From Acaryochloris marina S15 (lineage in GTDB: Bacteria; Cyanobacteriota; Cyanobacteriia; Thermosynechococcales; Thermosynechococcaceae): a stretch of 32,000 nt of DNA. Made by a program: the position numbers and the translations under genes. This document shows positions 17,522 to 25,057 of the stretch, piece after piece (position 1 is the stretch's first letter; each line of letters starts with the position of its first letter). The notes under the pieces are model-generated. The model did not search any database, was not told the DNA's origin, and was given only the letters and a program-made list of their open reading frames with translations. Where the stretch lies: assembly GCF_018336915.1 (NCBI RefSeq), contig NZ_CP064926.1, positions 150,001 to 182,000 on the forward strand, read 5' to 3'.

Positions 17522-17827
17522 CTATCGTTCAGGTAGAGAAGGGGGTTCTCTATTCGGGTCTTCAATACTGGTGATGGCTAAGATTTCTGGTTGATATATG
17601 CGGATTGTGACAGTAATTTTTTGAGTCTCTGCCTTCATATCTTTAATAACGCTAGATTGATAACTTGCAGCTTCTGTCGAAGTTTTGAAAGGGCCATAGT
17701 AGAGGGTGCTTTGTTGTTCTAGCGCCACAATTTCAATCCACCAAAAGGGAGCTTGTTTTTGGGAATAAATCCAAAGCATACCTAGTTTATAAAAGGCAAA
17801 GACTATCAGAGTGAGAACAAGAATCAT
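17522..17827 (-). CDS. DUF1816-like small cyanobacterial protein with an N-terminal TM segment
   Basis: WWIEIVALEQQSTLYYGPFKTSTEAASYQSSVIKDMKAETQKITVTIRIYQPEILAI fits my recollection of the DUF1816 pattern (WW.EI...YYFGPF...EA...GY..DL..E.A..I...I....P..L). It starts 27 nt after the upstream gene. Confidence 0.6.
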   Translation of the reverse strand: MILVLTLIVFAFYKLGMLWIYSQKQAPFWWIEIVALEQQSTLYYGPFKTSTEAASYQSSVIKDMKAETQKITVTIRIYQPEILAITSIEDPNREPPSLPER

Positions 17828-17854
17828 TTGCGCTTAGGGGGCTTATGGGACCTT

Positions 17855-18181
17855 TTATCCCCCATTCAACTCTTTGTATAAGGCACGCGACCTAGTTATC
17901 TTTGACACTTTTGGAATGGCCAAGCGATCGCATATAATCTTCGCCGTCAAAGTAGCACTGGCCATTTCATAGGTATGAACCTCCAACTCAGCGTCGGGAT
18001 AGGTTTCAAAAACTAAGTGATCACCTGGTAATACAGTCCGCTCGAGGAAGACGTGGGGAATATTGACAATTCGGATAATTTGGGTTCGCTGCATCTCATT
18101 GACATAACGACACATCACTTTCTCAGGCAGTTCTGTAATATCAGGACACCTATCTAGTACGCCAGTTGATGCGGATGACAT
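17855..18181 (-). CDS. DUF1830-like small cyanobacterial protein
   Basis: MCRYVNEMQRTQIIRIVNIPHVFLERTVLPGDHLVFETYPDAELEVHTYEMASA fits the remembered DUF1830 consensus (C.YVN.T.QIQI.RI.NIP..YFERVVFPGQRL.FEA...A.LEIHT). GGAG Shine-Dalgarno upstream. Confidence 0.7.
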   Translation of the reverse strand: MSSASTGVLDRCPDITELPEKVMCRYVNEMQRTQIIRIVNIPHVFLERTVLPGDHLVFETYPDAELEVHTYEMASATLTAKIICDRLAIPKVSKITRSRALYKELNGG

Positions 18182-18380
18182 GATGACTCACTCCATCTAT
18201 GTGGGCACTTTTTCCTTCCGTTCCATCTCTATGGATGATTACCGATATTCCAAAGATTAAGGAATAATTATGTGAAAACCATGAAGATCAGCCAACGAAT
18301 ACTGGCCAAATCGGACATTGAAGGGAATCCTAATGTCGTAACATCAGATAAAAAAATCAGTCACCGAACTCTTTCCTTTC

Positions 18381-19991
18381 TCAACCAGCATTCGCTAAAT
18401 CCTTTGTTGTGGCCTGAGATTGCTCCGCAATAATGCACTCCGTGGTCAGAACCATACCCGCAATGGAAGCGGCATTTCGCAACCCAGCACTAGTCACCTT
18501 AGCTGGATCGACAATCCCGGCAGTAAACATATCCACATACTGGTTGTTCAAGGCATCATAGCCCGTGTTGAACGGTAAAGTCTTAACCTGCTCTACAACC
18601 ACCCCACCATTCAGACCCGCGTTCTCAACAATCTGTCTCAATGGAGCAGAGAGGGAACGGACTAGAATCATGGCTCCGATCAGTTCATCACCAACCAAAT
18701 GTTCAGCAGACCAGTCCTCAAGTTGAGGGGCAAGATGCACGAGCGTAGTACCACCACCCGGAACAATGCCTTCTTCAACAGCGGCTTGAGTGGCATTAAT
18801 CGCATCTTCTAGTTTTAACTTACGGTCCTTCATTTCTGTTTCAGTGGCGGCCCCAACCTTGATTAGCGCTACCCCACCAGAAAGCTGAGCTAGACGCTCA
18901 TGCAGTTTTTCCTTTTCAAAGGATGAGTCTGTCTCATCTATCAGGCGATGAATTTGCTTACAACGCGCTTTGACAGCAGCTTCATTGCTTTCCGAAATGA
19001 GGGTGGTATGGTCCTTAGTGATGACCACTTGGCGAGCACGGCCCATCATTTCTAGGGTGGCGTTTTCTAAGGTCAGCCCAGTATCTTCACTGATAACTTG
19101 TCCTCCAGTGAGTACCGCAATGTCAGCTAACAGATCCTTGCGGCGATCGCCAAATCCAGGTGCCTTGACCGCAGCCACCCTGAGAGTACCTCGTAATTGA
19201 TTAAGGACAAGGGTTGCTAAGGCTTCTTTTTCAATATCTTCAGCAATTGTCACAAGAGGTTTACCCGTTTGTGTAACTTTTTCCAGAATGGGCAGTAAGG
19301 CATTCACTAAGGTGATCTTTTTATCCGTTAGTAATAGGTAGGCATCATCCAGTGTCGTCACCATTCGCTCGGCATCCGTTACGAAGTAAGGTGAAATATA
19401 CCCCTTGTCAAACCGCATCCCTTCCGTGACTTCGACTTCGGTCTGAATTGATTGGCCTTCTTCCAAAGAAATCACCCCTTGCTGGCCCACTTTTGCCATG
19501 GCGGCTGCAATCATTTGCCCCACAGTTTCATCATTGCCCGCAGCAATGGTCCCAACCTGTGAGATCGCATTGGAATCTTTCACAGGTAGTGCATGTTCAG
19601 CAATCTGATCCAACAAAAATTGGGTGGCCTGGTCGATGCCCCGTCGGATTGCCATTGGATTGGCTCCAGCTGCGACATTGCGCAACCCTTCTTTTACCAT
19701 TGCATGGCTTAAAACAACTGCAGTAGTGGTGCCATCCCCTGCCGCATCATTGGTTTTGGCTGCAACTTGGCGCAACAAGGCCACGCCTGTATTGGCTAAA
19801 GGGTTGTCTAGCTCAATTTCCTTGGCAATGGTGATGCCATCATTCACAATTTGCGGGGGACCAAATTTCTGCTCAAGGACGACATTGCGACCCCTAGGTC
19901 CTAAGGTCACTGACACTGCTTCAGTCAGCAGATCGATCCCTTGCTCTAAGGCATGGCGAGCCGCTGAATCGTATTGAATTGACTTAGCCAT
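18381..19991 (-). CDS. groEL: Chaperonin GroEL (Cpn60), divergent paralog lacking the C-terminal Gly-Met tail
   Basis: 536 aa. [64 protein letters not shown]-site [12 protein letters not shown], and [20 protein letters not shown]. It ends ...[12 protein letters not shown] with no GGM repeats. Confidence 0.97.
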   Translation of the reverse strand: MAKSIQYDSAARHALEQGIDLLTEAVSVTLGPRGRNVVLEQKFGPPQIVNDGITIAKEIELDNPLANTGVALLRQVAAKTNDAAGDGTTTAVVLSHAMVKEGLRNVAAGANPMAIRRGIDQATQFLLDQIAEHALPVKDSNAISQVGTIAAGNDETVGQMIAAAMAKVGQQGVISLEEGQSIQTEVEVTEGMRFDKGYISPYFVTDAERMVTTLDDAYLLLTDKKITLVNALLPILEKVTQTGKPLVTIAEDIEKEALATLVLNQLRGTLRVAAVKAPGFGDRRKDLLADIAVLTGGQVISEDTGLTLENATLEMMGRARQVVITKDHTTLISESNEAAVKARCKQIHRLIDETDSSFEKEKLHERLAQLSGGVALIKVGAATETEMKDRKLKLEDAINATQAAVEEGIVPGGGTTLVHLAPQLEDWSAEHLVGDELIGAMILVRSLSAPLRQIVENAGLNGGVVVEQVKTLPFNTGYDALNNQYVDMFTAGIVDPAKVTSAGLRNAASIAGMVLTTECIIAEQSQATTKDLANAG

Positions 19992-20019
19992 TATTCCTTA
20001 TCTCCAACACGTTGATTCC

Positions 20020-20331
20020 CTATGTGACAATCGCGAGAATATCTTGGGCCTTGGTCAACACATAGTCTTCATTGCCCAGATTGATATCCGTTCCGCTGTA
20101 TTTGGCATATAGCACCTGATCGCCGACCTGAATGTCGATGGGGGCATAGGAGCCATTCCCAGACCTCAGACCAGGCCCAACACTAACCACCTCTCCCACT
20201 TGAGGTTTCTCTTGAGCTGTATCGGGCATTAAGATGCCACCGGGCGTTTTCTCCGCCGCCTGATTCACTTTGAGAAAAACACGGTCTCCTAAGGGACGAA
20301 CCGTAGAAACGTTGAGGGTAAGAGTGGTCAT
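20020..20331 (-). CDS. groES: Co-chaperonin GroES (Cpn10)
   Basis: 103 aa. [12 protein letters not shown]...[28 protein letters not shown]...[20 protein letters not shown] Shine-Dalgarno upstream. It lies 28 nt upstream of groEL. Confidence 0.95.
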   Translation of the reverse strand: MTTLTLNVSTVRPLGDRVFLKVNQAAEKTPGGILMPDTAQEKPQVGEVVSVGPGLRSGNGSYAPIDIQVGDQVLYAKYSGTDINLGNEDYVLTKAQDILAIVT

Positions 20332-20423
20332 AACCGATCCTCCAATAAGTTAACGGGGACAGTTCATCAGGGTTAGCGAGCAGCATATCTATAATGGATA
20401 GGTATTCAGATTGTGATAAACCT

Positions 20424-21188
20424 TTAAAGTTTTTTCTGACTCAAAATTTCTTTCCAAGCTTTTTCTAGAGCAGTTTGGGCTAGATTGAGGTTACGATTAA
20501 ACCCATGCTGCAAACTAGCCCATTGGTCGTGAAGAAACTCTGTTGCTTCGGCCAAATGGCGCTGATCATACTCATTTGTGGAAGCAAGGTCTTCGCTAAC
20601 TTGCTGAATCTTGATCTGAAGCTTGTCTGGCCCGTCATTTAGAGAGAACAAACGCTGTAGGCGATCTGTTATTTCATGAATGAGAAATTTCACCTGGTCA
20701 GATTTTTCACAGATAAAGTCCTTTGACCCTTCTAACTCAGGTTTGAGTAAGTTTCTTGCTCCTTCTGGAATAATGAGGGCTTCAGGTGTGTATTTCTCTA
20801 TATCCCCCGGGAGGAGGATTGCTCGCTCTCCAAGGTAAATTGCAATCTCTCCTGCCAAGATATACGCGACTATTTCCCCTGTATGCCAGTCGAACAGAAA
20901 ATCTTCTACCCATCCCAACGTTTCTCCGATCTTAGTTCGGACTGGGAGTTGATATCCATGATGGAGGTGGGGTGGGGCTGCTACCAGGAGAGGACGATCA
21001 ACCGATATAGTTCCTCTACCCACGCTAGCAACTTGATTAAGAGACCAATACCGCTGGCGACTGGATAGATATGTGACATATCCAGACTCGTCCAGCCAGA
21101 TCTCTTCCACATTTCCCAAGTGAGAATTTGTGGTGTTCCCAACCGCAGATAATCCGACCACTTGACTGTAACGGATAATATTGAACAT
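20424..21188 (-). CDS. PRC-barrel domain protein with a C-terminal helical region
   Basis: 254 aa. Two PRC-barrel-like repeats (VVGLSAVGNTTNSHLGNVEEIWLDESGYVTYL and VRTKIGETLGWVEDFLFDWHTGEIVAYIL) are followed by a coiled-coil-like tail. Confidence 0.6.
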   Translation of the reverse strand: MFNIIRYSQVVGLSAVGNTTNSHLGNVEEIWLDESGYVTYLSSRQRYWSLNQVASVGRGTISVDRPLLVAAPPHLHHGYQLPVRTKIGETLGWVEDFLFDWHTGEIVAYILAGEIAIYLGERAILLPGDIEKYTPEALIIPEGARNLLKPELEGSKDFICEKSDQVKFLIHEITDRLQRLFSLNDGPDKLQIKIQQVSEDLASTNEYDQRHLAEATEFLHDQWASLQHGFNRNLNLAQTALEKAWKEILSQKKL

Positions 21189-21589
21189 GGGTGTATCTAT
21201 AATCCTTCAGGAAATAGCAACTGTAATGTTTCAGCGATGGTGTGCCCATTCAATTGAATTTTTAAGATCTCCGATCGCTTTCCATGTTGAAAGCCTGTGA
21301 GAAGATCCCTCATCAATCAAGACATCCTGAATTCCCATAACTGAATGGCGATAAAATGCTTGACTTCAAGTGCTATGCGCTCAGAAAGAGGAGTTAGGAC
21401 TGATCTTGAGAGCCCATTGAAATCGTCTCTAGCTATGAGATTAAAGTGAGAAGTTGAAGACAATGTGAGGGAATGAGATTGTTGCTATTTGGTGCTTGTG
21501 ACCTTCACAATTTTCACAATATCCCACTCTAGATTGAGTGCTAGACGCCTTAAACCGTAAAGCATTTAGCATTCATCATAGGAGTTAGC

Positions 21590-22675
21590 ATGCAGTATCA
21601 ACATGTGACAATTTCCCGCCAAGGTGGATCGGATGTTTTTGAGATGGTCATGGATGAACGGCCTGAACCTCGCGCAGGAGAAGTGGGAGTGCGGGTACTA
21701 GCAACTGGTGTGGCCTTTACAGACGTTCTGATCCGCGAAGGACTCTATCCGGGTTTACCCAAAGTACCCTTTACCCCAGGCTATGAAGTGGTGGGGATTG
21801 TTGATCAGCTTGGCCCAGGGGTCGCTGGGCTGGACATCGGTCAACGGATTGCAGCCCTGACTGTAGTGGGTGGATATAGTGAGTACATTTGTCTACCCGA
21901 ACACGAATGTGTTTCGGTACCAGCGGAGGTGGATGTTGCAGAGGCTGTCGGTCTAGTTTTGCAGTACGTGACAGCCTATCAGCTACTGCACCGAATCGCT
22001 AAGGTTCAACCCGGCGATCTCATCTTGATTCACGGTGCTGCGGGCGGTGTTGGAACTGCGCTCCTGGAGTTAGGTCACCTCGCGGGCTTAAAGATGTATG
22101 GTACGGACTCCGCATCGAAACATGATCTCATTGCCAATTTGGGTGCCACTCCGATTGATTATCAGCAGCAAGACTTCCAACAGCAGATTCGTCGTCTCAC
22201 GCCCAATGGAATGGATGTGGTCTTTGATGCCATTGGGGGGCGTCATTTACTGGGGTCATACCAAACTTTAGCGCCTGGGGGACAACTCATTAGCTATGGG
22301 TTTTCCTCAGCTCTATCAGCACAATGGGGAAGGCTGTTGATAGTAGGAGGGAGTATGGGCCTTCTGACTCTGTTAAACATCTGGCCGGATCGTCGTAGGG
22401 CAGTTTTTTACAACATTGCTGATTTAAAGCGGCGTCAGCCAAATTGGTTCCGAGATGACTTAATGAGCCTTCTAGATCTACTGGTGGATGGCTCTATCCA
22501 GCCTATCATTGCCGATCGCCTACTCTTAACAGACGCAGCGGCGGCCCATGACTTACTGGATCATGCGGCAGTGAGAGGTCAGTTAGTCTTACTGTGTAAT
22601 GAAACATTCCAGGCGAACTCATCCAAGCCAGAGAGCAAATCCTTACCCGTAGAACACCCATCTGCTCTAGGTTAA
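21590..22675 (+). CDS. Medium-chain dehydrogenase/reductase, quinone-oxidoreductase-like (zinc-type ADH superfamily)
   Basis: 361 aa. GroES-like N-domain PFTPGYEVVGIV and Rossmann motif ILIHGAAGGVGTALLEL. AGGAG Shine-Dalgarno 6 nt upstream. Confidence 0.9.
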   Translation: MQYQHVTISRQGGSDVFEMVMDERPEPRAGEVGVRVLATGVAFTDVLIREGLYPGLPKVPFTPGYEVVGIVDQLGPGVAGLDIGQRIAALTVVGGYSEYICLPEHECVSVPAEVDVAEAVGLVLQYVTAYQLLHRIAKVQPGDLILIHGAAGGVGTALLELGHLAGLKMYGTDSASKHDLIANLGATPIDYQQQDFQQQIRRLTPNGMDVVFDAIGGRHLLGSYQTLAPGGQLISYGFSSALSAQWGRLLIVGGSMGLLTLLNIWPDRRRAVFYNIADLKRRQPNWFRDDLMSLLDLLVDGSIQPIIADRLLLTDAAAAHDLLDHAAVRGQLVLLCNETFQANSSKPESKSLPVEHPSALG

Positions 22676-22726
22676 AGCCGGTATTCCTATGGTCGAGAGC
22701 AGTCGTCTCTTGACAAGTATATTTTT

Positions 22727-23599
22727 TTGACTGTTAGGGAGGTTGTTTTGTCCCTTAGGCTCGCAATTTTATTGGCTCTAGCCCTTTTGATCGTTCTGCA
22801 TTTTGGGTCCGCTTGGCAGTTTCACCGCTCAATTGATCAACAAGTCCTAACCTTGAGAATGCTTACCGGTGATGAACAGGTCGTTCAACCCCCTAGGTTG
22901 ATTTGTGCATTGGCAATGAGATCCCATCGCCCAGACACAGACAAAGGGCCATCTCAGTATTGTCCCACCACTATTCAGATTCACCAAACAGGTGAAATGC
23001 GTTTGTCTGAGCAGGGGCAGTGGCTACCTTTTTCGGCCACTCAAGACTTCTCGATTCGACAACCAGGGTTTGTGTGGCGAGCCACCTTTCGGCTTGCGCC
23101 CTTTATTCATATCGAAGTAGTGGACAGTTATGTCCAAGGCAAAGGCAGGCTGGAAGGAAGGCTGTTGGGTTCGGTTCCCCTTTTAAGGGCGGCAGGATCG
23201 AGTACAGATAAAGGGGAGCTAATGCGGTGCCTGGCGGAACTGATCTTTTTCCCAGCCGCGTTTCTGAATAATTCAGCGTTACATTGGCACGAACTGAATG
23301 AGTTCACGGTAGAAGTTAAAGGTGAACCGGACGTAGGAGTCCATTACAATTTCGATCCTAACGGTGACCTCGTCGATATCACTGCACCGAATCGACCCCG
23401 AATGGTTGCAGGACAAGCCGTTGAAACCCCCTGGAGTTGTACGGTATCCGATTATAGGACATTGAGTGGGTACGATATTCCGACCTTTGGTCAAGTGAGC
23501 TGGCAATTGGAAGACGGCCCCTTTACCTATTGGCGGGGACGCATTACCCATCTTGAGACGGATCCAGACAATCAATCACTCTTCCAGGCTGAAGTTTGA
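22727..23599 (+). CDS. Conserved hypothetical protein with an N-terminal membrane anchor
   Basis: 290-aa track ORF. N-terminal hydrophobic LSLRLAILLALALLIVL. The real start may be the in-frame TTG at 22748, 5 nt after AGGGAGG. I cannot name a family with confidence. Confidence 0.7.
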   Translation: MTVREVVLSLRLAILLALALLIVLHFGSAWQFHRSIDQQVLTLRMLTGDEQVVQPPRLICALAMRSHRPDTDKGPSQYCPTTIQIHQTGEMRLSEQGQWLPFSATQDFSIRQPGFVWRATFRLAPFIHIEVVDSYVQGKGRLEGRLLGSVPLLRAAGSSTDKGELMRCLAELIFFPAAFLNNSALHWHELNEFTVEVKGEPDVGVHYNFDPNGDLVDITAPNRPRMVAGQAVETPWSCTVSDYRTLSGYDIPTFGQVSWQLEDGPFTYWRGRITHLETDPDNQSLFQAEV

Positions 23600-23622
23600 T
23601 CCGGTCTTTGTTCAGCCTGGAA
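23582..23622 (+). terminator. 12-bp stem-loop spanning the stop codon of the preceding gene (possible terminator or attenuator, no clean U-tract)
   Basis: TTCCAGGCTGAA (23582..23593) pairs with TTCAGCCTGGAA (23611..23622) across a 17-nt loop. The stop TGA is at 23597..23599. Confidence 0.35.
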
Positions 23623-23914
23623 TCTTGGCTGAAGTACTTGCCATGGTTTAGATATGGCATGGCAGATAGACCTTGGCCAGATATTCGCACCGATTCCTTG
23701 GTGATGGAAGGGCTGAAGGTGTAGCTTATCACTGTTTCTCCTTTATGGAACCTCTGTAGTGGCCTGAAGGTAAGTCAGAGATTGGATTATCGACCTCACA
23801 AGATTACCAAGACTATTTTCTACTGTAGAAATGAGGATAAATGGAGAATCTCGCCATGGGACAATCTTTTTTGCCAGTTTATCGGATTTTATTAGAAGAA
23901 TAGGAGTGCGATAA

Positions 23915-24073
23915 ATGCAAATCCCCTCCGATTTAAGACTGTTTTTTCACCCTGACTATCCGGAATGGGTCACGGTATTGAGCTGGTTATTGATGGCGTT
24001 GTTCTTATTGTTGAGCTTTGCCATAATGCTCGGTCGAACCGAGTCTGAATCAGACTTCCTAGATCGATATTAG
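23915..24073 (+). CDS. 52-aa single-pass membrane peptide upstream of the sigma factor gene
   Basis: Below the track cutoff. AGGAG lies about 8 nt upstream of the ATG. Product: MQIPSDLRLFFHPDYPEWVTVLSWLLMALFLLLSFAIMLGRTESESDFLDRY. It ends 67 nt before the sigma gene start. Confidence 0.35.
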   Translation: MQIPSDLRLFFHPDYPEWVTVLSWLLMALFLLLSFAIMLGRTESESDFLDRY

Positions 24074-24140
24074 TCATGGGCTGACACTCGATCGTGTAAT
24101 CCGACACTTTCAAATCAGCTTAAGTCAGTAACGCGAACAG

Positions 24141-25049
24141 GTGATCGATATGTTTACAACCATCAGATCGAATAAAGACGCTCTTGGGGCCTATTTGACC
24201 CGTATGGGTGAATACTCGCTGTTGACCCATGCAGAAGAAGTGACATTAGGCCAACAAATTCAATCATCCCTACATCCACCGCATGGGATTTCCCAGGCTG
24301 AATTAGACCAGATACAGCAACTGGGGCAGCGGGCAAAACACAGGATGATTTGTGCCAATCTGCGGTTAGTGGTCACGATCGCTAAGAAATATCAAAAACG
24401 GGGAATGGATTTAATTGATCTAATTCAAGAAGGGAGTTTGGGGCTAGAGCGAGCGGTAGAGAAATTTGATCCTGTTAAGGGATATCGATTTAGCACCTAT
24501 GCTTACTGGTGGATTCGCCAATCTATTACTCGTGCGATCGCAATGCAGTCCCATACCATTCGTTTACCCGTGTATATGACGGAAAAGCTCAACCGAATCA
24601 AACGAGTGCGTCGAGAGCTATCCCAAACCCTTGGGCACACACCAACTCACCAGGAAATGGTTTCAGAATTAGGCATCACATTGGAGCAACTGCAGAAGAC
24701 CTTACAAGCCGCCCGGGTATCCAATCCTGAATCCCTGAATATCCGCATGGGAAAGGATCGAGACACGGAGTTAGGAGACTTAATAGAAGATCTGCAAATG
24801 CTCAGCCCGAGTGAAGTGGTGGAACAGGATTTTTTTCGAAATGCTTTATGGTCGGCACTAGCTCAGCTCAATGACAACGAGCGAACAGTTCTTATCCTCC
24901 GTTATGGCCTAGAAGATGGGCGAGAACGTTCACTCTACCAGGTGAGTCAGCAAATGGGGATCAGTCGGGAATGGGTAAGACATCTAGAAAAATCAGCAAA
25001 ATCAAAGCTTCTAAAATTTGGCAATCTGCAAGATTTCATAGCTGCATAG
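24141..25049 (+). CDS. RNA polymerase sigma-70 family factor (divergent group-2-like)
   Basis: 302 aa. Region 2: [61 protein letters not shown]. Region 3: [16 protein letters not shown]. Region 4: [40 protein letters not shown]. The start is either GTG 24141 or ATG 24150. Confidence 0.92.
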   Translation: MIDMFTTIRSNKDALGAYLTRMGEYSLLTHAEEVTLGQQIQSSLHPPHGISQAELDQIQQLGQRAKHRMICANLRLVVTIAKKYQKRGMDLIDLIQEGSLGLERAVEKFDPVKGYRFSTYAYWWIRQSITRAIAMQSHTIRLPVYMTEKLNRIKRVRRELSQTLGHTPTHQEMVSELGITLEQLQKTLQAARVSNPESLNIRMGKDRDTELGDLIEDLQMLSPSEVVEQDFFRNALWSALAQLNDNERTVLILRYGLEDGRERSLYQVSQQMGISREWVRHLEKSAKSKLLKFGNLQDFIAA

Positions 25050-25057
25050 ATGAGGGT

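Noticed and set aside
18970-19977. Track ORFs 18970..19200, 19448..19726 and 19624..19977 on the + strand
   Set aside because: They lie entirely antisense within groEL, have low-complexity Pro/Ser/Ala-rich products and have no start signals. They are shadow ORFs of a GC-richer gene.
20183-21249. ORFs 20183..20386(-), 20883..21068(+) and 21037..21249(-)
   Set aside because: They overlap groES or the PRC-barrel gene out of frame. Their products show no motifs.
21521-21545. CIRCE-like sequence ATCCCACTC-TAGATT-GAGTGCTAG in the intergenic region upstream of the PRC-barrel/groESL gene string and 45 nt before the MDR gene
   Set aside because: The right arm matches the CIRCE arm GAGTGCTAA at 8 of 9 positions. 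The left arm matches only 6 of 9, the spacer is 6 nt rather than 9, and only 5 bp can pair. At best it is a decayed relic, so I do not call it an HrcA operator.
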